The notes under the pieces are model-generated. The model ran no database searches and was not told the origin of the DNA. It saw nothing but the letters and a program-made list of their open reading frames with translations. 38,506 nt of DNA, taken from NCBI GenBank assembly GCA_029262755.1, contig JAJCYU010000156.1, forward strand, positions 1 to 38,506, given 5' to 3'. The translations under genes were made by a program, and so were the position numbers. The DNA comes from Anaerolineae bacterium. GTDB lineage: Bacteria > Chloroflexota > Anaerolineae > Epilineales > Epilineaceae. Positions 15,460 through 24,900 of the stretch are shown one piece after another; position 1 is the stretch's first letter, and the number at the start of each line of letters is the position of its first letter.

Positions 15460-17046
15460 GTGACGCGCACGCAAGCAGAACCAAGGGCGTCGATCCTCGT
15501 CGGGATCGACGCCCGCTTGCGCGCCTACCGCGGCGGCGGCATCGCCGAGCACGTGAACCGTCTCCTCGCCGGCCTCACGGCCATCGATGCCGAACACGAT
15601 GGCGTCCGCATGCGCGTCTTCGCTCACCGGAAGGAGCGTGGCGCCGACGCGTCGCGGCGGGCGGTCGGCGCGTACCGCGCGGGGTCCGCGACGGAAACTG
15701 CTGAGAGATCGATTGCCGGATCGACGGCAGGATCCACGCACGGGAAGGCCGACGGTGCGCGCGACGGTGTCGCCGGCACCGTCGACGCCGCCGGCTCGGT
15801 CGACGCCGCGGGTCCGGCACCGGATGTCGAGCGCGAGCACCGCGGCGCTCGCAAGGACGCTCGCCACGACGCTCGCCACCATCGTCCCCACCATGGTCGC
15901 CACGAGACCACCTACCTGTGGACCCCACCCCACCATCGCCTCGAAGGCCTGAGCCTGCCGCTTGAGATTGCAGTGCGCGGTCGCCTCGACCTGCTGCACA
16001 GCCCGGACGTCGTCGTGCCGGCCGCATGGCGCGGCCCCTCGGTCGCCACGGTGCACGATGTGGCCTTCTTGCGACGACCGGAGCTGCTCACCGACGAGAG
16101 CCGCCGCTACTACACCCAAGTTCACCGCAGCGTCCGGCGCGCGACCCGCATCATCACGGTCTCCGAGCACACCCGCCGCGAGCTGCTCGCCCTGACCGAC
16201 GTCGACCCCGCGAAGATCGTCGTGGTCCCGAATGCCGTCGCCCCCCATCTGCTGGATGGGGGGGAGATTGCTGGAAGCGGGAACAGCGTCGATTGCGACG
16301 GACACGGTCGCCTCGGCCCTGTTCTCGGAGTCCACGAAGTCGATGAACCCGACGTCCTCGGTCGGCGCGCGATGGATCGCGACGTCCACGGTCGCGGCAA
16401 TCTCCTCGGCGATCGCGACGAACGTGCGATCGCCGGCGCCCGTTCATCTCCCGCTCTTCCTCCCACGACCGACCACGCCCCCTACGTCCTGTTCGTGAGC
16501 ACGATCGAGCCGCGCAAGAACGTGAGGGTGCTCCTCGAGGCGTTCCGCGCCTGGATCGACGCCGGCGGCGCCCAACACGAAGGCCGCGACGTGCAGCTCG
16601 TGCTGGCCGGCGGCGACGGTTGGAAGAGCGAGGAGGTATACGCGCGAGCCAACGCGCTTCGCCTCGGTCACCGCGTCCATTGGCCGGGATGGGTAGGCGC
16701 GGCGGAGCTGGCCGGCCTTTATCGCGGCGCCCTGATGCTGGCCCATCCGGCACTGGACGAGGGCTTCGGCATGACGCCGCTCGAGGCCATGGCGTGCGGA
16801 ACCCCGGTCGTGGTCAGCGACGCGGGCAGCCTGCCGGAGGTGGTCGGCGACGCCGGGCTGCTCGTCGACCCCACGAACGTCGCGGCATGGAAGGCTGCAC
16901 TGGAACGCGTGACCGGCGATCCCAACCTACGTCGCGCGATGCGCGAATCGGGTCCGCCCCGCGCCGCACAGTTCACGATCCAGCGCCAGGCACGCGAGAC
17001 GATCGCGGTCTACCGGGCGGCCGTTGAACAGGCTGACGCACAATGA
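15460..17046 (+). CDS. Glycosyltransferase family 4 (GT-B) with two low-complexity insertions
   Basis: VGIDAR...GGI; TVHDVAF; STIEPRKNV; EGFGMTPLEAMACGTPVV; start position uncertain. Confidence 0.92.
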   Translation: MTRTQAEPRASILVGIDARLRAYRGGGIAEHVNRLLAGLTAIDAEHDGVRMRVFAHRKERGADASRRAVGAYRAGSATETAERSIAGSTAGSTHGKADGARDGVAGTVDAAGSVDAAGPAPDVEREHRGARKDARHDARHHRPHHGRHETTYLWTPPHHRLEGLSLPLEIAVRGRLDLLHSPDVVVPAAWRGPSVATVHDVAFLRRPELLTDESRRYYTQVHRSVRRATRIITVSEHTRRELLALTDVDPAKIVVVPNAVAPHLLDGGEIAGSGNSVDCDGHGRLGPVLGVHEVDEPDVLGRRAMDRDVHGRGNLLGDRDERAIAGARSSPALPPTTDHAPYVLFVSTIEPRKNVRVLLEAFRAWIDAGGAQHEGRDVQLVLAGGDGWKSEEVYARANALRLGHRVHWPGWVGAAELAGLYRGALMLAHPALDEGFGMTPLEAMACGTPVVVSDAGSLPEVVGDAGLLVDPTNVAAWKAALERVTGDPNLRRAMRESGPPRAAQFTIQRQARETIAVYRAAVEQADAQ

Positions 17047-18467
17047 AGATCCTGATCGTCGCGCCTCAAGTGCCATGGCCGATGCACCAAGGCACGTCGC
17101 TGCGCAACGGCAACATCGTCTTGGAGCTTGCGCGCCGACACGAGGTCCACGTCGTGGCCTTTGCCGCGGAAGGGTCCCAGAGCGCGGTCGAAAAGAGTGC
17201 GGCCGAACAGAGCACAGTCGAGCAGAATTCGGGCGAGCAACGTGCGGAAGGGGAGCACGGCCGACGTGACCGCGACGCATCCATCCACGGTCCGCTCTCC
17301 GAAGCCGGCGTGACCGTGCACACCGTAGCCGCCCCCGCCGCGCGCCCGACGTGGCGCCGCGTTTTTGACCTGCCCACCACCCTCGTGCCCGACCTCGCGC
17401 GGCGTCTCGACAGCCGGGCGATGGACGCGCTCGCCCGGAGCGTGGCCTCTGAAGGCGCCTTCGACGTCGTCCAGATCGAAGGCCTGGAGATGGCACGCCA
17501 CGGGCTCGTCGCCGCGGCTGCGGCACGTGCGTCCGGGCGGCCGCACGGCCACGCGAACCGGCGTTCGGACAAACGTTCGCAGGACCGGTCTCAGCAAACG
17601 ATGCAGAAGCCAACGCGGGACCCGACGCAGGATCAGGAACGAAGGGTTCGGATCCTCTACGACGCCCACAATGCCGAGTGGGTGCTGCAGGACCGTGCAT
17701 GGCGCGCGGATTTACGCCGATTGCGCGGCTGGCTCGGTGCGCTCTACTCGCGCATCCAGACCGCGAAGCTGCGCCGCTTCGAGCGGACGTTGCTGGCATC
17801 CGTGGACGCCGTGGTGGCCGTCAGCGATGCCGACGCCGCCGCGTTGCGCGCCGTGGCGGATCGCGGCGCAGCGCCGATCACCGTGGTCCCCAACGGCGTC
17901 GACATCGACGCGCTCCGTCCGAGCGAGGGCGCCGTCGAGGCAGGAACGTGCCTGTTCATCGGCAAGATGGATTTCCGACCCAACGTGGACGCCATGGTGT
18001 GGCTGTGCCGGTATGTATGGCCCGAGGTGCGCCGCCGCGAGCCCGGAGCCCGGCTCTGGATCGTGGGCCGCGACCCGTCCCCCACCGTGCGGGCGTTGGC
18101 GGACGAAGACAACGGCGTCACGGTCGTGGGCGGCGTGCCCAGCGTGGAATCGTGGCTCGCGCGTGCGGCCGTGGTCGTGGTGCCGCTGCGCATCGGCGGC
18201 GGTACGCGCCTCAAGGTGCTGGAGGCGATGGCGGCCGGCAAGGCCATCGCCGCAACCACGATGGCCGTCGAGGGCCTCCGGGTCGCGGACGATCACGAGG
18301 CCCTCCTGGCGGACGCCGCCCCCGCGCTGGCCGACGCGATCGTGCGCCTGCTTGGCGACGACGCGCTCCGCGCACGGCTGGGCGCCCAAGCCCGCAGGCG
18401 CGTCGAGGACGACTACCCTTGGTCCGCGCTCGTGCCGCACATCGAGGCACGCTACACCTCCTCCTGA
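17043..18467 (+). CDS. Glycosyltransferase family 4 (GT-B) with two low-complexity insertions
   Basis: MKILIV...PWP..QG; DAHNAE; VPNGVD; GKMDFRPNVDA; GGGTRLKVLEAMAAG; ATGA overlap with the previous gene. Confidence 0.93.
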   Translation: MKILIVAPQVPWPMHQGTSLRNGNIVLELARRHEVHVVAFAAEGSQSAVEKSAAEQSTVEQNSGEQRAEGEHGRRDRDASIHGPLSEAGVTVHTVAAPAARPTWRRVFDLPTTLVPDLARRLDSRAMDALARSVASEGAFDVVQIEGLEMARHGLVAAAAARASGRPHGHANRRSDKRSQDRSQQTMQKPTRDPTQDQERRVRILYDAHNAEWVLQDRAWRADLRRLRGWLGALYSRIQTAKLRRFERTLLASVDAVVAVSDADAAALRAVADRGAAPITVVPNGVDIDALRPSEGAVEAGTCLFIGKMDFRPNVDAMVWLCRYVWPEVRRREPGARLWIVGRDPSPTVRALADEDNGVTVVGGVPSVESWLARAAVVVVPLRIGGGTRLKVLEAMAAGKAIAATTMAVEGLRVADDHEALLADAAPALADAIVRLLGDDALRARLGAQARRRVEDDYPWSALVPHIEARYTSS

Positions 18468-18591
18468 GCGGCCCTAGGAGCCCTGTGGTGCCCTGTAGCA
18501 CCCGAAACGAGGCGCTGAGATTGGCGCACCGACCACGACCCGCCGACCATCACGCAGTTATCCCGCGCGCCCACAACCCGGAGCTCGGAGC

Positions 18592-18825
18592 ATGGACAAC
18601 AGCGAACGAAGCGAAGCCATCTCGAGCGCCATCGCGCGCTACGAGGCGTTGATCGCGGAGCTCGACTCCGCCATGGCCCACGCCCGCACGACCATCGGCC
18701 ACTTTCAAACGGGCGAGCTCGCCCGCGCCGGCGCGCACGGCTTGGCCGTCGAAGGCCACATGGCCACGGCCCGCAAGCTCCTCGACGCAGCCGCCATGGA
18801 CTGGGCGGAGCACAGCCAGGCGTGA
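18592..18825 (+). CDS. Small helical hypothetical protein (77 aa)
   Basis: GGAG upstream; amphipathic helical sequence with spaced His residues; GTGA overlap with the next gene. Confidence 0.7.
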   Translation: MDNSERSEAISSAIARYEALIAELDSAMAHARTTIGHFQTGELARAGAHGLAVEGHMATARKLLDAAAMDWAEHSQA

Positions 18826-20435
18826 CGCCGCCCCGCCCGGTCGACCCCGACCAAGCCATCGCGTGGCGCGCCGAAGCGCGCGCGCACGCGGAGCGCGAAG
18901 CAGCACGCGACGTGCGCCGCGGCGCGTGGCTACGCTGGGCGCCGGGAGCACGCCGCACCGAGCCGCTGCACTTCGCATGGCAAGAAGCATGGGCGGAGGG
19001 CGAAGGCGATCGTGCCGGCGGCGGCGATCGCGATGAACGCGGCGATCGCGTGGGACACGGCCATCGAACTGACCGCATCATCCGCGACACCGGCGGCGAT
19101 CGCGACGGCGGCGTCGATCGTGCCGCCAATGGCATTCGCGACGGACTCGGCGATCCCACATCCCAAGGCGATCGCAGCGTCCAAGGCGATCGCAGCGTCC
19201 ACGGCGATCGAACGGGCCGCGAGCCTCACGAAGCACGCGATCCACTCGCCGACCTCCCCGCCGGCGCGGGGATCCTGTGGCTGCAGCCCGACCACTTGGG
19301 CGATGTGCTCCTGCGTGGGCCCGCGCTCGCCGCCCTGCGCGCCCGGCGGCCGGACGCGCACATCACGCTGGCCGTGGGGCCGTGGGCGACCGAGGTCGCG
19401 CGCCATCTGGAGGGGCCGGACGCGATTCGCTCGATCGCGTTCCCCGCTTTCTCGCGCCGTCCCGCCGCCGCTCGCGCGAGCGGCGTACGGCGGCTGGCGC
19501 CCTACGCGCTGCTCGCGCGTGAAGCCGCACGTCTTCGCCGCGACCGTTTCGACGCGGCGATCGTCGGGCGCGACGACGATGTGTGGAGCGCATGGCTCGC
19601 CGCGCTCGCCGGCATTCCAAGGCGCGTGGGGCATGCACATCCAGCGCTCGCGCCCTTCTTGACGCACGCGCTGACCGACGCGCGGGGAGCGTGCCACGTC
19701 GCGGCCGCGTCGCTCGGGCTCGTGGGCGCGCACGGAATCGACGCCGCGCGGCACCCGCTCCGCTGGCGAATCGATCCAACGGACCGGGACGTGGCGCGCA
19801 GGCTGATGGCGACCCTCGAGAGCAGGGCGAATCGCGATTTCGCGGCGACCACGGACGTCTCGGCGAATCGCGACATCGCAGCATCCCTCGACCATGCGGC
19901 ATCCGGCGACAAGGCAACGGCCGGCGACATCGAAACCGTGCCGATCGCAATCCACCCCGGCTCCGGATCTGCGTTCAAGCAATGGCACGCCGAAGGCTGG
20001 GCCGCGTTGCTCGACGAGATCGCGCAGCCCACAACGCCGGTCGTGCTCACGGGAGGTCCCGGCGAGGAGCGGCTGACACGCACGGTGCGAGCCGCCCTCG
20101 GCGACGCCCGGCCCGTCCTCGACCTCGGCGGCCGTACATCCGTCGCCGAGCTCGCGGCCGTCTTTGCCGCCTGCCGCCTCGTGCTCGGTCCCGACAGTGG
20201 GCCGCTGCATCTTGCCGCGGCGGTCGGCACGCCCTCGGTTCACCTCTACGGTCCCGCTGACGCGCGCCGCTTCGGACCATGGGGCGATCCCGGCCGGCAC
20301 GTGGTCGTGGCATCGGCCTTGCCGTGCGCACCCTGCCATCGTCTCGACTGGCCCGCCGCGGACGAACATCGATGTGTGCGCGGCCTTTCGGTGCCCGCGG
20401 TGGTCGCGGCAGCACGCTGTTGCGGCGGCGCTTGA
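18822..20435 (+). CDS. Glycosyltransferase family 9 (heptosyltransferase-like) with two repeat-derived insertions
   Basis: DHLGDVLL; IHPGSG...KQW; LGGRTSVAELAA; GPDSGPLHLAAAVGTPSVHLYGP; C-terminal CAPC...C. Confidence 0.92.
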   Translation: MTPPRPVDPDQAIAWRAEARAHAEREAARDVRRGAWLRWAPGARRTEPLHFAWQEAWAEGEGDRAGGGDRDERGDRVGHGHRTDRIIRDTGGDRDGGVDRAANGIRDGLGDPTSQGDRSVQGDRSVHGDRTGREPHEARDPLADLPAGAGILWLQPDHLGDVLLRGPALAALRARRPDAHITLAVGPWATEVARHLEGPDAIRSIAFPAFSRRPAAARASGVRRLAPYALLAREAARLRRDRFDAAIVGRDDDVWSAWLAALAGIPRRVGHAHPALAPFLTHALTDARGACHVAAASLGLVGAHGIDAARHPLRWRIDPTDRDVARRLMATLESRANRDFAATTDVSANRDIAASLDHAASGDKATAGDIETVPIAIHPGSGSAFKQWHAEGWAALLDEIAQPTTPVVLTGGPGEERLTRTVRAALGDARPVLDLGGRTSVAELAAVFAACRLVLGPDSGPLHLAAAVGTPSVHLYGPADARRFGPWGDPGRHVVVASALPCAPCHRLDWPAADEHRCVRGLSVPAVVAAARCCGGA

Positions 20436-20443
20436 GCCGAACC

Positions 20444-20449
20444 TATACT
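20444..20449 (+). promoter_or_regulatory. Candidate sigma70 -10 box (TATACT) for the cupin-MgtC unit
   Basis: AT-rich hexamer just after the GT9 stop, ~140 nt upstream of the cupin start. Confidence 0.4.
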
Positions 20450-20590
20450 CGCCTGCCCTGAACTTCGGCGAGCAGCCGCTCATCCGGCCGAACGGGTCCC
20501 ATCACGAGCTCATCGTAGAGCGCACGTACAGACCGGATGAGGACGATCGGCAGCGCGGAGGCCAACGGTCCGGCACGCAGGGGGAGAACC

Positions 20591-21283
20591 GTGCACCAAC
20601 TCGATATTGCCGAAATCGCCGAAGAGATCCGTACGCCCTATCACATCGTTCCGCTGCTTTCGCTTGGAGCGGTAGAGGTAAGCCTCGTCATCTGCAGCGG
20701 GCCGAAGCCGTGGCATCGCAGCACGGTGCACGACGAGCTTGCGCTTGTGCTCGAGGGCGTGGTCACGCTCGACGGCCCGCGCGGACGGACCGTGGCCAAC
20801 GAGGGCGACATCGCCCGCGTGCCCGCCAAGATCGGTCACGCCTATGCGTCCGGCATGCGCTCGACGGTCGTGTTGTTCCAGGAACGCGATCTGGCGGTCC
20901 ACACCAACGGACACCGCAAGGGCCCCGCACCCGCCGACGAGCTCGAGGTCCTGGACGAAGCCAGCCGCGTCACCTTCGGCATCGACGTGCGCGCGGCCGA
21001 GCCCTTTGCGTGGCTGGCGACCGGCAACGTGGGCCCCTTTAGCGCGTCTTCAACCCGCCTCGCCGGCACGAGCGAAGAATATGAAACGCCGCCGGGCGGC
21101 ATCGTGATCCTGGTCTACCGCGGTGTCATGGACTACCGCGCCGACGGCGATTACGGCTCCATCGTGGGACTCCAACTCCTGCATGTTCCCCAAGGCAAGC
21201 GGTTGACGCTAAGCAGCGAGCGTGGTGCGACGATCGTCGTGCTGGCACGCAGCGGCGCCGCATTGCCACGCTTGAAGGATTGA
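20591..21283 (+). CDS. Cupin-fold protein (probable bicupin)
   Basis: GGGGAG RBS before GTG 20591; PWHRS..DELALVLEG...EGDIARVPAKIGH cupin motifs; second, degenerate cupin-like half. Confidence 0.8.
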   Translation: MHQLDIAEIAEEIRTPYHIVPLLSLGAVEVSLVICSGPKPWHRSTVHDELALVLEGVVTLDGPRGRTVANEGDIARVPAKIGHAYASGMRSTVVLFQERDLAVHTNGHRKGPAPADELEVLDEASRVTFGIDVRAAEPFAWLATGNVGPFSASSTRLAGTSEEYETPPGGIVILVYRGVMDYRADGDYGSIVGLQLLHVPQGKRLTLSSERGATIVVLARSGAALPRLKD

Positions 21284-21287
21284 CCCC

Positions 21288-21716
21288 GTGCTCGAAACCG
21301 CGCTCACGATGGCGGCCGCATACTTGATCGCCCTGCCGATCGCCTATGACCGGGAAGCCCGTTCCCGTAGCGCAGGGCTGCGCACCTTCCCGCTCGTGGG
21401 AATCGGCAGCTGCGGCTTTGTGCTCATCGCGCTGCAGAGTCCAGGTGTGGACGAATCGGCTGTCGGCCGCATCGTGCAGGGGCTCATCACCGGGATCGGC
21501 TTCATCGGCGGCGGCGCCATCCTCAAGGACAAGGGCGAGGTCCGGGGCACCGCGACGGCGGCGAGCATTTGGATCACCGCGGGCATCGGTGCGGCGGTGG
21601 CCTTCGGCCTCTACCCCATCGCGATCGCGCTCTCCGCAGCGACCACGTTGACCTTCTGGCTGATCACGCCGATCAAGCAACAGATTCCTCAGCCAGACGA
21701 AAGTCAGCTCGACTGA
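21288..21716 (+). CDS. MgtC/SapB-family membrane protein
   Basis: SAGLRTFPLVG, GRIVQGLITGIGFIGGGAILK, GTATAASIW. Confidence 0.93.
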   Translation: MLETALTMAAAYLIALPIAYDREARSRSAGLRTFPLVGIGSCGFVLIALQSPGVDESAVGRIVQGLITGIGFIGGGAILKDKGEVRGTATAASIWITAGIGAAVAFGLYPIAIALSAATTLTFWLITPIKQQIPQPDESQLD

Positions 21717-21842
21717 TCGCGCCCTCGACCGAGCGTCCTGCCCAACAAACATCGACCGCGAGCACGAATAGTCGGGCACCAGCACAGTGTGGTTGCGTCC
21801 CCCGTCCTCACCCTCCGGCGTCATCACCCCTAAGCCTCCTCT

Positions 21843-21871
21843 ATAGTTGATCCACCGCATAGTTGATCCAC
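21843..21871 (+). promoter_or_regulatory. 13-bp direct repeat (atagttgatccac x2, 16-bp period) overlapping a TATAGT -10 box upstream of the second S8 protease
   Basis: Copies at 21843-21855 and 21859-21871; TATAGT at 21842-21847. Confidence 0.5.
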
Positions 21872-21954
21872 TGCCGAGCCCGCCACCCCGCCCGTGTCCG
21901 GGGCTCGGACCTCGCCGGTCCGCGTCCGCGCGTACCGGCGCATCGGAGACCGTG

Positions 21955-24900
21955 ATGCGTGCTAGCCACCTACTGCGAATCCTCGGCGCCATCGCCCTCG
22001 CGGGCGTCGCCGCCACCGCATCGCCGGTCGGACCCGCGGATGCGCGCCCGGAACCGGGCCCCACGCAGCGCGTGCACGGTGACCAGGCGATGCAGCGGGT
22101 GATCGTCGTCCCCCGGGACAGCGCGGCGGACCGAGCCCTGCGCGCGTCCACGAATCGCATGAATCCGCAGCAGGTCGATGGTGCCGACCCCGTAGGTAGC
22201 GGGCGCGCTCACACCCCACCCGCTCGCGACGACAACGCACCATACCGCGATAGCGACGCGCCTGCCCCCTCCACCGCACCGCTCGACGCGACCCGCGTCG
22301 CCGCCGCCCTCCGCCGCGCCGCCGACCAGCCCGACGACGGCCTCCGCGCCGCGCTCGCGCAAGCCGTCGCGGACGGCGACGCGACGCGCCTGACGCCGCT
22401 GTGGATCAACGGCACCTTCGCCCTCGAAGCGAGCGCCTCGCTCGTCGCGGCGCTCGACGCCCGATCGGATGTCGCGGCCGTGTTGCCCGATCGCCCGCTC
22501 GCGCTGGCCTCCGCCGGCGCTCCGCGCGCTGTGCGCGCAGGTGCAGCCGGTGTGCTGATGCCCGCGCTCACCGCACTCGCGCTACCGGGCCAGAGCAATG
22601 AGGCCGTTCCCGTCGCAACGGATCCGACCTGGTCCGTGAGCGCCGTACGTGCGCCGGAGACGTGGCGTCGGTTGGGCGTGGACGGCAGCGGTGTGGTCGT
22701 CGCCGTGCTCGATTCGGGCGTCGATTACAACCACCCGGCGCTGCGCACGCGCTACCGCGGATACCGCGGCGAGGGCCGGCCCGATAACACGAACAGCTGG
22801 TGGTGCCGTAGCTGTGGAAACAGCAACATCTACCCCTACGACAGCGCCGGGCAGGCCGGGCACGGCACACACGTAGCCGGCAGCATTCTCGGCGGCGAGG
22901 GCTTCGGCGTCGCGCCCGGCGCGGAGTGGATCGCCGCACGCGCCTGTGACGGGACGGATTGTTCCGACAGCACCTTGCTCGCAGCCTTCCAGTGGGTGCT
23001 CGATCTCGGACCCGCGGCGCCGGAAGTGGTCAACACCAGCCTCGTGACGATCCTCGACACGTCGACCGCGTTGATCACGCCGGCCGTCGAGGCCGTCGAG
23101 GCCGCGGGCATTCTCTTGGTCGGCTCGACGGGCAACGACGAGGGCCCGATCACCGCGCCGGGCGGCCTGGCGTCCGCGCTGGGTGTCGGCGCGACGACCG
23201 CTGCGGGCGAGATGTGGATCAAGAGCCGCTGGGGTACCTCGCCGTTCGGGGACAATAAGCCGGACGTCGTGGCGCCGGGCGCGGGTATCGAGTCCGCGAT
23301 GCCGGGCGGCGGCATGATCCGTCAGACCGGAACGAGCATGGCGGCGCCGCACGTGGCGGGCGTCGCGGCGCTCATCCTCTCCGCGGCGCCGGACCTGCGC
23401 CCCGCCGAAGTCCGTGCGGTCATCACCCGCACTGCACGCACGCTTAGCACGTCCGCGCCGAACCCGAAGTCCGGGTGGGGGCTCGTCGACGCCTACGGGG
23501 CCGTGAAGTCCGTGAGCGAGGTCGGCAGCGTGACGGGCCGGGTCGTGCGCACGGAGGACGGCGTCGCAATCCCGGACGCGGTCGTGCGCGTGACGGACAT
23601 CGTGCGCGACCCGGTTGCCCGCCTCACGGTGGACAGCGACGGCCGCTTCGATATCGACCTGCGGCCCGGGAGCTACGTGCTCTTCATCGAGGCCTTCGGC
23701 TACGTGAGCGTCACGCGGCCGGACATCGATATCACCGCCGACGGCCAGATCGACCTCGGCGACATTGCGCTCGCGGTCGAGACGCCACGCGGCACCTTCA
23801 GCGGCCGCTTGATCGATGGCGAGAACGGCGCACCCGTGACGGGCACGCTGCGCATCGAGGGCGCTCCACGCCCCCTGCCGACCGACGAGCTCGGCTTCTT
23901 CTCCGTGCAGCTACCCGCGCGCACATACCAGGTCGACGTTGCAGAACTCGGCTACCGTGCGCTGCGCGACAGCGTCAAGGTCGTCGCAGGCCAGACCGTC
24001 ACCCGCACATATCGCATGGTGCCGGCGCCACGCGTCCTGCTGGTCGACGGCGACGCGTGGGCCTACGGCCGCGCGGCCGCCGTCATCGGCGACAGCCTGA
24101 CGCGCCTTCGCTACGTATTCGACCGCCACCATGTAACCGATGACGTCGGCGGACCGGGTCGGCCCGGTGGCGCGCCGGACCTTGCCACCCTGGCCGGCTA
24201 CGACCTCGTGCTCTGGTCCAGTGCCGTGGCGGGGCCCGCCCATGTGCGCGGCGCAGGCGCGCTGTCTGCCTACTTGGAGCAAGGCGGGAAGCTGCTGCTC
24301 AGCGGCCAGGACGCACTGTGCGTAGACGCGGGCGTCGACACGGGTCGCCGCCCCTGCGACGATCGAGCACGGCCGCACCCCTACGTCCGCGACCGACTGC
24401 ACCTGCGCGTCGTGGCTGATGCATCCGCAAGCCGTATCGTGCACGGCCTGGACAGCGGTCCGCTCGCCGGCATCACCCTGACGCTGAACGGTCCGGGCAG
24501 CCTCGACAACCAGGACGCGACGGACGTGCTGGCGAGCATCGACGATCTCCATACCGATCTGATCGCACGCTACGACAACGGCGGCGGCGCGGCGGCGCTC
24601 GTCGCCCGCTGCGAGAGCCATCGCAGCGTCGCGCTCGGCTTCGGGATCGAGGGCATCGCCGGCGACGAGGTCCGTGACGTGGTGGTGGCTCGCTTGATGG
24701 ACGCACTCGTGGCTCCGGAGCCGGCCCACGCCGCCTTCGTGCGCCCCGTCGTCGATACGCTCATCCGCGCGCCAGGCCGAACCGCGGACTTCACGGTCAC
24801 CCTGACCAGCACGGGCGTTGAAGCCACGACCTTCGACCTCGACGTGGACGGGTCCACCGGCTGGCCGGCGGAGCTGCGCACGGCGGGCTTCGGCGAAGTG

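Noticed and set aside
17555..17566. Second GAAC-N4-GTTC match
   Set aside because: Lies mid-CDS inside a repeat-derived insertion with no promoter nearby; likely chance
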